A stretch of DNA of 64,000 nt from Yuukianura sp. NJ FZ-2021 (lineage: Eukaryota). The DNA is taken from positions 5,890,001 through 5,954,000 of the forward strand of contig CM102286.1 of assembly GCA_046563655.1 (NCBI GenBank), given 5' to 3'. Shown in pieces: positions 51,872 to 64,000 of the stretch. A model generated the notes under the pieces. It was not told the origin of the DNA and did not search any database. It worked only from the letters and a program-made list of their open reading frames with translations. Position 1 is the stretch's first letter; every line of letters begins with the position of its first letter. The position numbers and the translations under genes were made by a program.

Positions 51872-54800
51872 TGCTTATACTTACAGACGGTTTTGGATCA
51901 ATATTAAACAGAAGCAACGCAAACATGAACCGTAAGCTCGCCAAATTGCTACATTTATATGCCAAGTACGGTGTAGTGTCATCCGATAAGAACTTGTATC
52001 TTCAGCGATTAAGCCATTAAAAATTTAAAAAATTCAGTGGTAGAATTGTTTTCGGTAACGATAATGAATTGACGCGTCAGCCAACTGGTCAAAACTTTAT
52101 CAAAAAATTTGCAACTTGCGCAACAGGATGCACATACTTGTGGGACTCGATAATTTGTGGAGTTTGTGGCAAATCTGCAAAAAAAAAAACATAAAGTTTA
52201 CAGGGAATTAACAAATGAATGAGTCAGTTTTTGCGTTTTGTTAATATTTAAAACTCAAAATCTTCGAGTTCGCAAATTTCGAGACGAACAAAATTGTAAT
52301 GGCATGGTTATGTTCTAAGTTCATCTCCGAAAACTTTCTTTGTGAATATAAGTCGTGGAAAGTATCAGAGATGTTATTGAATATTTGGCTTAGAAGCTGT
52401 CCTTATAAGTTGTGATGAAAAGTCGTGGACCACCGCGGGAGAACCAATTCCTGAGAAGGTTATAATTTATCGTCTGTTTACTTTGCCGTCTTCCTCCAGA
52501 ACATTCCTCGGTTACCTTCCCTAGGTGAGCCACCCAGGTGAACCTGCGGGTAGCGTCTGCTTTTCATCAACTTCAAAACTTCCCAGACCTTTCTCCAAAT
52601 CCAAACCACTTCATCCGTCGTTTTCAACTTAAAACCGCAAAGGACTTTCCATACAGACACTTTGATCCGGAGCGGCAGCCTCATCTCCGGCGGGAAATCT
52701 ACAATCTCTGGTGGGTTTCGCAAGAAAGTGGGACTTTGGCTAATGACGCAGAGCGCATGACTTGAAACACAAGATGCCGACAGGGAGGAAGTGCCAAGGG
52801 CCCTTGGTTGGTCCGTACTTGAGCCTCCCAAGTACCCACTTGGTTCATTCATACACAAGACAGGGAGTGAATTGGAAGTCAATTTTCCCAAAGTGGTTAC
52901 TCATCCCATTGTTAATTTTCTCATTCTCACGTCCCTCAAGTGTCAATTTGTCCCAAAGTATTTCAGTGAAGATGAAAACCAGAATGCTTGAAGCGGGAAT
53001 GACACGCCAAAACAGAAAATACGTTTTTGAGTATTTTTAAAAAAAGTTAATAAACAGTATTTCGCAAACTAACAAGTTTCTAACGCAATTGGCATCTTGA
53101 AATTGTCATTTGGTTAGGTTTTCTTTCGTTTTTTAGACTAATCTCGAAATGTGAAAAACTTGGAATGTTTCATACCAAAAATAAAATAAAAACGAAACAA
53201 AAAAAAGTTTTATTTTTTTGTTTCATGATTCCGTGAGAGCCAAAAAGACAAGGGTGTTCCTCAAGGAATTTGGGTAAGGACGAAGTGCCAGAAATTAAAG
53301 CAGGGAATTGTCCAGAAGAGTAATTTTCTAAATTACACATGTTCTGGTCCTCCCACCTCGTCATCATCATTTCATCCTCGTCTTCCCTTTAATCTCCATC
53401 GGCCGCAAGGAATTCAATGTCTCTGTAACGTTTTCTTTTGTTTTTTCCTTTTACTTTTTTAGTTTACGTGGAACTCAAAAGCGTTTTGGTGCAGTACTAG
53501 GTTGTGGAGTGGGAATTGTTCAAAACAAGAACTCATTTTTTGTTCAAAATCTTAAAAGAAAGGTTTTATCTCGCAATGCCATTTCACGATTCTCTTCCCT
53601 CCTAATTTTTTCTTTAATTTCAAATAAACTTGCGTTAAATTAAATAGATACAACCTGCTGCTAGTCTTCCACACATCACATGAACTGAATTATTTTCATT
53701 CTAAATTGTAATTTTTCCACATTGATTTTGTTAAAACCATGAAAATATTACATAACTTAAAATAATTCAAGCTCAATTTATTTGTCATCTACCGATACAT
53801 CAGCATTTTATCGATTTTGTGGCTGTCAGGTTAAAAACTATAGCTCGCATTTTCCTTTTCTGTTTTTGTCGTACTATTTTCATTTTTTACAATTTTTTTC
53901 TAGTTTTCACTACATTTCTCCAAAATGTGCAATAAATGTGTACACCGGTTGAATGTAGAGAAAGAATGGTAAACTACTAAATTACCATTTTACAACAATG
54001 GATTACGTTGCATTAGGACAGTTGTTAGGTTAGATGCTTTTACTAAGGATTCTTTCACCCTCCTTTATGGTTTCGGACAAAAGAAATTTGTCGGGTCAAT
54101 AAAACGCTGACATGATATTTTTCTTTTTCAATTTTACTTTTTCATTTTCCACTTTCCACAACTTTAATTGCACTGTATTCTTCTAAACTGAAGATGAGGA
54201 ATGGGAAGGTGTCTCACAATGGAGTTGTTCCTTTAGAACATGAAGTTGGAAATTAGAAGATAGATGACTAAATTATTTATAAATTATTGTCTTCATCCCC
54301 CTTCATACAGAGGGGAAGTCATGAATATTACCTTAAGCCGAGTTAACTTTCTTGTTTGTTCAAATGTAGCTTAGGAGTAATAACACGGTTTCTAACAATA
54401 GAATTTTCAACATCCTCGGTGGGTCCGAGAAAATAAACCTCATCTTCCTCACTATTTATGACCATTTTGAATTATCCCAAGCAATTAGGCGGCACAAAAG
54501 ACTCATCCGAATGAAATCTTCATTAGGAAATGGGAAACATCTTCCTAAACTTATCTTGGCTTCAAAGTGGAACAAAACAGAACCACTTCCAGGGACAACA
54601 GAAATCATTTTTGAAATTCTTTCAATTGTTCGCGGGCAAAGTTACACTTTCAAAGCGACAAAAACTATTGTTTCCTTTCCAAGTCACTTGATTGATAATT
54701 GGCATGGGATCTCAACTCTTCATGCTTATCTGCCCAAAGTGTCACTGAAACGGCCCCCCACCACAGACAACTTCATCGTCATGAAAAATACGTTTTTCAA

Positions 54801-55829
54801 AATGGAAAAATCATGTTCACAGAAGTTCAAACTGTGACTTTTCCCGCTCTGCGGGCATTCGTTTGTAGGTATTTGTTAAAATGAGATGCTAAAATAATGT
54901 TTTGTCAAGGTAAGGTTATAAGTTTGTCAAGTCGGAGTCTTTGCGACGAGCTGTTCAGTACACGAAACGATTTTAGAGTGACAAATTCCTTGAAGTACCA
55001 CCGAGGTAGCAGCATCCCAGACCGAGATGTTGGTGTGAATCGGTCCACTTAAGTTATTGCTTTAGGTCGGGCAGTACTTATAGGCTGTGTGATGCATTTC
55101 TTATCTGTGAGGCCAGGAATTCCTTCTCGGAGATCCTAAAAGTGGTCCTTATGAGTCCTTAAATATTTATTAGACTCTCCAAATGGACTCATTAGTTGTA
55201 CTCAGACTAATCGACATTCCTTCACCGTTATCTCCTCAAGTGTCGTTAAACTAGAAGTGTCAGCGACACTTTTAACTGTTTACTCTGAAGTGACGTATAG
55301 TCTAGGCCACAAACTAAAGTTAGTTTCCGTCCTACATCTTCATTCTCTACCCTTTGGATGGAAAGTCCTTCAAATGAACACACAAAGTGTGAAACAAAAG
55401 CGAGGTCATTGAGGTCAGTATTTCAAAATAGTAGAACATGCCGTAGCGTCGTGGTCTATAATAGTGTCAAAGTAATTCTAGTGTTAGCAAATTTAATGAG
55501 TTGTAAAATTTGTACCAAGTTGTATACTACTGATGTGTGTCACTTACCCTGGCTTTCGTCTGTAAACATGGAATTTTTAGACGTTTATTTTTTTAAATTG
55601 TTTTATTTCTGAATTGTATGTCAGGCTACAGATCTAACTTAATTAAATTTTTAATTTGGTTTGACAACTACGTCTATAGTGAGAATATGTACATACGGAG
55701 AGTGACAAATTTATCAAAATACTTGTACGCATCTTCGAAACATTTGCCGGGAAACGAAAAATTAATGATGATTTGGAATTAAAATGGTAAATGTTCTTCC
55801 AGTATTGTGTACCTTTATTTCCTTACAAT

Positions 55830-56069
55830 TTACCATTCGTCAATAACTAAGATCCTGGAACATCTTCCATTCGGTGCTTTGTAAGTCCCTGGTGGACATT
55901 TCCTTGAACCTGCGGGGCTCACAGAAGCTGTTATGCGTTCCAAAAAAAATGACAAATGAGCTGGAATTGAATTGTCACCGAAGAATATGCTTTCTTCAGA
56001 TTGTTTTGTAGAACACAAAAACACTCCTGTTAATAATAAAAATAATACAACTTCCTTGGAAAAGTTCAT
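55830..56069 (-). CDS. Small secreted peptide precursor (79 aa), GBP/ENF/stress-responsive-peptide-like cytokine
   Basis: Signal peptide MNFSKEVVLFLLLTGVFLCS, pro-region ending ..FFLER, then C-terminal two-Cys motif CPPGTYKAPNGRCSR. AATAAA immediately follows the stop on the minus strand. Confidence 0.7.
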   Translation of the reverse strand: MNFSKEVVLFLLLTGVFLCSTKQSEESIFFGDNSIPAHLSFFLERITASVSPAGSRKCPPGTYKAPNGRCSRILVIDEW

Positions 56070-56829
56070 GGCAAACGACAACTCACAGTCCGTTTTAAGC
56101 TCTGAACTGAAAAGGTGATTGATTCTCTCGAGAACAGGATGTGTCCGTATAAACCGCATAGCATCCTAAAATTTTATTGAAATACGACTAGGTTAACCGC
56201 AAATCCTGGAAAATAAATTTTACAAACAGCTTTTAATTTGATTTATTCCAAAATAAATTTTATTTGAAAGTTTAATTTTACATTTAATTTGGCAAATTTA
56301 AAACTATTCCTGTTTTTTAAATGTTACATCACAAAAACGAATCCTCCATAATTATTTGAACTGCAACATTTGTTCCACAGAAAGATTGCGAATTGAAAGT
56401 GATTCTGACCCTACTAGAATCAGAATCGAGTAAGATGTTGCTGAGTTTTCGTTTCTTCTGTTGCTGAGTTGTCGCGAACTTCAAAATTTGAATGTGGTTA
56501 ACCGAAGTACAATCAGAACCAGTTCCGGTGTAATAGGTATAGTTAGAAATGGTTCAATTGATTGCAGAAAATACTGTAGCCACCAATCTACAATCAGAAT
56601 CAGCTAAATCGAAACCTCTACAATATGAGTCTGAAATTTGAGGTGAATTGTAGTGATTTTGAACTTTTCAGAATTTACGATTCTCGAGCAAATTTCTTTT
56701 TAGTATTCACGTTATAGGATTTTTGCGTTATTTAATTCAAAATGCGAAATTCAAGTTAACAGGCGTTTGCTTTTAGCTCTCTTTCTTACTATTCTAAACT
56801 AGTAATTTATTATTTAAATTTGGTTTACT

Positions 56830-56927
56830 AGTAGCCATACGGTGACTACATCTCAAGTTGAAGTGAGCATTGTTTGAAAAAAAACTCACACAAAAGTTTG
56901 ACAGGCATTGTTCATCGTATGGCTACT
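56830..56927. mobile_element. Short MITE-like element with ~16-bp terminal inverted repeats
   Basis: AGTAGCCATACGGTGA ... TCATCGTATGGCTACT (15/16 match); no clear TSD. Confidence 0.45.
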
Positions 56928-58268
56928 CAAATGGAAAATATGCCAGACTGCTTGTCGTCGCTAGTTAAACTCGAACCAAAAAATTCTGGCCGTTATTTGT
57001 ATAACTCTACTTTCTATGTTCTTTAGCAAAGCCAAAAGACCAGCACTTTGGGCGTGAATACCTTACAGAGGTTGTATTAATTCACACCTTTACAAAAAGA
57101 ATTTAACAATGGAAAGCCTTTTGGCAAGAGTGTCGTAAATGGCTGTGCAAGTGGTGGGCCCAGACTGCCTGTCGCCTCACAATTCTCCCAAGCAACAATG
57201 CATACATTCAATTTCTTAAAGGAAACACATAGGAGTTCCAAACTCTTTGTGTCCTTCAGCAGGTAGAAGTGTAGGCGCGGTAAAAATAAATTTTGCCATT
57301 GGACCCCATGACTTCCTTAGAATGCGTGTCATAAAAGGAGTTTCCATTTTCCAGAATTTTTAGAATGAATAAAACCCATTTTGGCGTGAGGAAGTGTGAA
57401 CCAAAAAAAAAAGTATTGTTCACTTTGTAAATCTTAAGAACCATATTGTTGCAAGTAGGAATGGAATGTGGCCAAAATTTAAAAAAAAAGTCTAACATTT
57501 TCTAAATCCCTGCCATAATTCAAGGGCATATGTCAATTGTCAGGTTTTTTGAGGTGCGAGGTTTGGTTTTATGAAATGGAATTTTTGAAGAGGGTATTTT
57601 GCAACTGGTAAGTCAAGACAATAGCCTCGAGGAATCTTCTGTTAAATTGTTAAACCTTCAAATGATCTCTAGAGATCTCTACGTTTGTTTCCAAAGTGCG
57701 CAGATTATCGCTTTGGAAAGCGCATCTTCTGATGGATTTTCGAGAGTCCTTTAGGTATAGAAAGAGATGAATTTGGTAAAATCCCCTCTCCGCCTTAAAA
57801 AACTTCAAAACTAATTATTCATGTCCAAACTTTTGACGTGGTTGGTACCAAGCAGTCTCCCAAGAAAAGTCTTAAGACGAAGAAAAGGGTTATGAATTAT
57901 GATTGAAGGATTGCTTTGAGGCAGGGTTCTCGAGTTACCCGGGGAATTGGATTTCAGTTGGGGAATTGATGGGGAATTCAACTATTCCTTTTCCAACGCA
58001 CACGTAGAGCGCAGATGTATAAGAATATTTTCTACATCTGCAGAGCAAATTTCATCAAACGAACACAAAACCCAGTTACAAAATTCCACAAATTTAGTTA
58101 GGTAACTAACTTATGTTAACCTTAGTATTTATAGCCCGATAAAAATATATTAAAAATTTTGAATTTTTTCGCTCGCATGAGCCTGTCATTTTCGCACTTT
58201 GTAAAATCAAATGTAGCACATAGATTACTGTGCAACCCATGGGTTATGTGTCAAAAAAGGTACGCATG

Positions 58269-58390
58269 ATGGGGATTTCTGTTCGGTACATAGAATACCC
58301 ATAAGTAGAGTTTTCTAGAACTTAGAAAACTGGTAAGGTTCAAGAAAACTGTACTTATGGGTATTGTGAGTACCGAAGAGAAATACCCAT
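58269..58390. repeat. Long imperfect inverted repeat (MITE relic / hairpin)
   Basis: atggggatttctgttcggtacatagaatacccataagtagagttttct versus the reverse complement of the right arm, atgggtatttctcttcggtactcacaatacccataagtacagttttct. Confidence 0.8.
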
Positions 58391-61300
58391 GACCGCAGTG
58401 GGTTTTTATGGGTTATACGGTGTTGTCTAACCCTGGTTGGAGGGAATCTGTAAATTGGTTCTTAAGTGGAGATTGCAGGTGTGTTGTTGATGCAGGTGTA
58501 AGAAGATGAGCCTCTCCCCGTGCCACACCCAGAACAGCAAAGCTTGTCCAAAAGAACAAAAGCAATTTATAATTTCAAGCATTTCATTGTTCAAATTAGG
58601 AGTTATCCCATACAATTCCAACCATGCTCTATCATTTTACAAAGATTTACTCAAAACGTTAGCGTGGGTGATGGTCACCCACTACTGGTCGCGTCAACAG
58701 CAGCGATGAACTCTTAAGACTCGAAGTTCAACTGGTTTATGCTTTTGGAAGTGACAAAATCCAGTTTGTTCTGTCGACTTAACCTAACCTAAGAACGAGC
58801 TTTTTCAATTACAAGTCATTACGAGTTTCAAATTAATCCTTTGCCTAATTCCCATTCAAAGGGTGCCAATTTGTACGAAAACGTTCAGCTTCCATAAACA
58901 CGCTACTTCCACAAGTACCAGTTTCTGTTAATTAAAATTGCACATTATGTGAATTTTTTTTTAAATCAACTTTTTTTTTGGTTTACTGATGAGGATCAAG
59001 GTTAAAACAAACTACAAATTAGCCGATAACCTGAAATGACATCATTGTTTTGACATTTGACTCACTGCGTTTGCCGTGTGGTAGAGACTACTGAATTAAT
59101 TGGGTGAAGTATTAAGGTGATTTGGTACGCCGACGACATTTAAATTTTAGCATTGGCGCCAGTAGACAACTCAATAAAATTTTGCACTTGTAAAATTACG
59201 GCTAATGGTAGCTAAAGTTTAGCAGTTTTAAAACTTGTTGCTTCTTCCAGCTAACTTTATACCAGTTTTGACTTAATTGCAATAATCGCTAACAAATAAT
59301 TAAAATGCTTACCAAGGTGTGGCTGCCACCGCTGAGTAAATAAGCATCACAAATCGTTTTTTATAGAAATTCCGGTTGTCCCTGAAAAATTCATTCACGT
59401 CTTTTTTTTTTACAATGAAGTCTTATGTTCTAAAACTCAAGCCAAAAATGCCATTCCTGTTTTTTCCGAAATTTTTTTAGCCGCGCTCGAATGCGTTTTT
59501 TTGGCAGATACAAGTTGCTGGTATGTCGTTCAAATATTACGCTTCGAGCGAGCGGTAGGTCTAGGGTGGAAGTCTTTGTCGGCAAGTACTAAAGTTGTAC
59601 AAAGTACAAAACTAGCAGCGTTTCCTAATTAAGGATTAATTTTTTGGCATTTCTCAATTTCAAAAACAACCGCGGTTCGATTTTTTTGGAATGTTTTGAA
59701 GTTGAAGTCCTTAAGGGTCTCATTGTCTCAAAATAAAAGTCAAGGGCTTTGCCTTTGACCCCTACATGCCTCTAGGCCTTAAGGTAAGTTTGACTTGTCA
59801 ATAGTGTTATGGTAATAGATACATGTATATTTTTCACCTTCAGTGTGACCTGTACTCGTCTTCATTATCTTCCCTGTGCATCCATCCTCTTTGTTTTCCA
59901 GTTTCCTTCAACTTGTCAAAACGAAAGAATAACTTGAGCAGCTTTTTTTCTTCAAAATTTTTCAAAAACCTTTGGAAAAGTACCATTGAGGTGCAAAGTT
60001 CCTTCGAAAACAAGAAGGAAACCAAGAAAAAGTGAAAAATCGTTCAGCTTTTCTAGAAGTTCCATTAACACATTTCCCTACAAAAGCCTATCACTCACTT
60101 ACATCTCTGTCACAATTTCATCTTCAAAATGTCTCTTTTTTTGGTTCCGTTTTTTCGGAAAAATTTTCACGAGAGGGGAAACTAGAGGGATGACATGTCA
60201 TGAAGGTATAGACTAAATTACAGGGCTCAGCAACCATACAGTCCCAATGGCAATATGGTCTCAAAAACCTTCATTTTCTAAACCTGTCCATTATTTTTGA
60301 AAAAAAAAGAAGCTGGAAGACATTCCCTTTCTCATCATATTATCTGAGTCTTAGCGTTTGGACAAGTGTATAACAATGGGTAATGTCAACCTGAAGCCTT
60401 ACTTTAGGCTTCTTCTGTCCCCCCATACACTCCACAATAATACTAACTCTTAAGGTACAATTTACATTCCATTCCCAAACAATTACTGCACAAGAGCCCA
60501 CTTCAACGATCCACTCTCGTTCAAAATCCATTGTCAAATTGACAATTTCATATCCACTTTGTCAGGTCAAATGTCCATTCAACAATAGGTTTTAGAAAAT
60601 TGCTGAGGTTAATAAAAAAAGATTAACTACTACTAATCTCAAAATTTGAAAGTATGGAAATTTAATTTCTCATTTTTCCAAATTCCTGCTTTTCCAATTT
60701 AGCAATTTAAGAATGAATTAGGCACGTTATGTTTACGGTTTTTATTAAATTTTTAAGTAAAACACAAAAAAATGGAAATTTTTGTTCTTTTTTAGGTTGG
60801 ACTTTTTTCAAATTCTTGTTTGTTTTGACATGGATGCCTCCCCATAAAACTGGATTGACATTTGTTTACCTCGCCTTTCCAGCCATTAAATTCTCCTGTA
60901 GATTGAAATCTCTAAATCTATAAATATTTTTTTCTGTTCATCTCTAATTCCTTTGAAGCTTTGAATCCAAGTGTTGAGACAAGCCACTTTGATCTGACTA
61001 TTCCCTCGACTATTTCAGTTTAAAGTAAAAATTCATCCCACGGGGGACAGTCAGAGTAAGAAACAAGTTGAAGTTAACCTAACCTAACCTTAAAAGACAC
61101 AATAGAGCGATTCCCTGACTCTTCCGGACGACCATTTATGGACACTACACATGTGAACACAAAGAATTTTACCAAACCTAAGCTAAAAATATACAACTGT
61201 AACCGCCCATAAGTGTAACGTTCTAGACTAACCGTCCGTAAGAATGACGGTCCATAAGTGTCCGTGCATAAGTGTCGGGGTATGGAATAGAAGAGAATCT

Positions 61301-62477
61301 CACCTGCAAAAGACTAACTTCACCTGTGCTTTGGTGTTTGGGGCACTTTGGAAAACTATAGACTCACTTTAGATAGGGTCAAAATCAAAGGAAACAGGGT
61401 CCCTCATCCCATTGTCTTGGAAGACTTCCCTTGTCCCACTCCACTCCTTAAACAAATCCTATTCTTCAAAATTCAACACTTCCCAAAACCTAGGGAGTGG
61501 ATAGTTTAAGCCTCTTCTGGCTATTTCTTAGGGGTTTGTGGTGGTAAAATTTCAACTTGGGAAACGTAGTTCTTGGGTACTGGCTTACCTTTAGCTGTAC
61601 TCACCTTCCAAAAGCCCACAAGAAATTTAACCATTCCAAAAACTTTTTTGTTTCCTTTTCGTATTATTAGACTACCGAGACAGCGTGGCCCCAGCAAAAC
61701 ACTTCAGTCTGCAGCTCAAGCTAAGAGCATCAAGGAGTCAAGTACGTCCGAAGTGTTGGGAACTTTGAAAAGTTGCGCTACTTCAAAGTTTGGAGCTCAG
61801 GAGAAAGTAAACTTTCAGTTTGAGTTCAAGTGAAAGTGACTTTCACCTGTTTGTCAAAATTTTGAAGTTTGGAATTTTGAAATTTGGATTTCATGAAGAC
61901 TCTTCAGTGTACTAGCAAGTGGACATTTGAGAAAGGTCAACGGAGACTTTTACTAATGCTAAGGCCATGAAGCGTCTCAGCAAAATGAGTTTTCTGGATC
62001 CAGCGATTCAGTGAAAGTTGAAAATCAAAATTTTAAACATTTGAAAATTCCCGCAGTGCCGTGCGTGGCCTCACAGCATTGGTTCCCTTTCGTCAGCTAG
62101 AACTTGAGCATTATCCTTTTGCCCAATGCCTTAAAGCGTGTGTGTCCTACTGATTGTTCGAGTAGATTCCTATTGTTGTGTGGAACGTTGTTCCATTTTT
62201 GTGAGACGTCATTGTCAAAAGTACTGAAAACAAAGTTGTCAGAAGACGGGAGTAAGTGGAGCGTCAAAGGAAGCCGAAACAAAAGAAGACACGGCAGGAA
62301 TGAATGGACGTTAGTTGTTCTTTATTCTTGTGGTTTTGATGAGACAGCATAACCCTCTAGTGACACGCCAATTGTACAAATGCCAACCAGATTCAGATTG
62401 TTTGGTCATCCAACTTAACAATCTGCTGCATCGCTGCAAATTACAAATCTAATAGAGTGTGGACGGAATTTTTACAA

Positions 62478-63872
62478 ATGAAGCCACGGTAAGTCAAAGA
62501 AAGTTTCGTCGAATTGGTCAAAAATGTCAAAATTATTTCCATTTGCTTACGAGAATTTCTTCTCTAAAAAATTAATTTTTACCATCTTCTGTTGGAGTAG
62601 TGGTGAAGCGCGCAATTTTCAAAAATTGGTTTTTCACGAAATTTCAAAAAGTTGATTTCTTTATGTACTACGGTAACTTTTGTCAGAATGGGGAACATAG
62701 TTGAGGACTTAATAAAAAGTACCCCCTCCGCCGTTGTTAGTTTTGGTACGGCATGATGCCTAGTTAGCAGGGCGTTGAGGGTATTAAAACATTCCCTTAA
62801 AGGACCCCCTGCCCCTTCAGAAAGAAACTCTTTCATGTGGAACGCAAGAATAATTCATGCGTTCTCTGTCCAATTTTTCTGGAGAGTAAAGGGTACCGCC
62901 CTGTAAATTATTACGTTAATGATCTCTCATGAGCCCATTTAGTCCAGCACAAGTGAAATTATAGACTCCTACGGAAATTTTTAGAGTGGGTGTCAAACTT
63001 TTACAAAAAAGAACTTGGACATGAAAGAATCAAATTGTGAGAACAGGAAAGTGTTCACCACCCCCAATTTGTTCAGATAGAAATCAAAGATGTAAACAGA
63101 TTCTGAAGACATCTTGAAAAGTCGCCAAGTGCCGAGCTAGCTGAAACCAGATTTCTCACTTGTAAAGTGCTAGGCGTCAAGAAATTAGCATTGTCGACAT
63201 TAGGAAGTTCTTTTACAACTCTTCTTGTACAAAAGTTGAACTGGGGGTGGTGGAAATGGCCTTCAGCAAACTAAACTTGCAACATCTCGAATGAATTTTC
63301 ATTCGAAGCAGTTTTGAAAATTAGCGGTTTGTACAAATAGAAATACTTCAGAGGTTAACTTTAAGCAATTTCGCATAATCGATGACGTTAGTCACACAAT
63401 TTTAAATAGTTCCGTAAATTAACCTCGCGAAGATTTACAAAACGTACATATTTTATTTAGAACTTAAATTTTGTTTTCAAAATTGGAGCACTTGTGTAGG
63501 ATTTTTTGTTCCTCTTCAAATTTTTGAAATTCAAAATTTTATTTTGAAAACATTATTTTATTTTTCAGGTCATCAATTTTTTTGGTCGCCATCTTCTCCG
63601 TCATCCAGTTTGTCCCTGGCTATACCGAAGAAGGTAATTCACAGTCAATTTTCTGCTTTCAAAAGTGGAACTTACAGAAATTATAATAATCATCCGCATT
63701 CTTCTAATTTTGTAACTTAAACTTTTCGTAACTTATAAAACTTTGTTACTTTTTTTAAGATTTGGAAGTAACGAGAACTGTTGAACCGGCAGTACTTCAA
63801 AGACTTGAATCCCAGTTTCTTAAACGTTTTGGAATGGAGAAGCGTCCGGCTAAACAAAAGTCATCAATTAAA
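62478..63872 (+). CDS. 5' part of a secreted protein, probably a TGF-beta/BMP (Dpp/BMP2-4-like) precursor; exons 62478-62488, 63569-63633, 63760-63872; continues beyond the window
   Basis: Spliced MKPRSSIFLVAIFSVIQFVPGYTEEDLEVTRTVEPAVLQRLESQFLKRFGMEKRPAKQKSSIK with consistent phases. LESQFLKRFGMEKRP resembles the BMP prodomain alpha1/latency-lasso segment (cf. BMP2 FELRLLSMFGLKQRP). The window ends exactly on an acceptor (tttcag, 64000). Confidence 0.6.
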
Positions 63873-64000
63873 GTAAGAAGTTCAACTGGAAATTTTTCAA
63901 AGAAATTTTAAACAAAATTGAAATTCAAGAGCTAGATCATTTATCAAGTCTCTGAAGATCTCTATTCAATAGCTCCATTGTTTTAATTTTTGGATTTCAG

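Noticed and set aside
52478..53040. GC-richer block with ORFs on both strands
   Set aside because: No frame gives a recognisable protein; cannot distinguish pseudogene, lncRNA or chance.

Overview
AT-rich eukaryotic genomic DNA with spliceosomal introns, most likely from an arthropod (arthropod-type let-7 star arm, TTAGG-like tracts, GBP/ENF-like cytokine). Most short ORFs in the track are noise. The apparently empty first 22 kb holds a complete let-7 complex on the + strand: miR-100 (~11760), let-7 (~12093) and miR-125 (~14086). All three keep canonical seeds and foldable hairpins, but miR-100 and miR-125 have unusually divergent 3' halves. Downstream are: a GW/poly-Lys type I membrane protein; a five-exon Selenoprotein S gene (- strand) ending GG-U(TGA)-R-stop with a type II SECIS; a foldback DNA transposon with an 8-bp TSD; a small secreted protein; two tandem GILT paralogues (CxxS vs CxxC); USP2; VGAT (GC-AG intron); a secreted beta/gamma-crystallin-like protein; a GBP/ENF-like cytokine precursor; MITE-like hairpins; and the 5' exons of a probable TGF-beta/BMP ligand that runs off the window end. 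All gene models were assembled by eye from splice signals and reading-frame phase; no searches were run.
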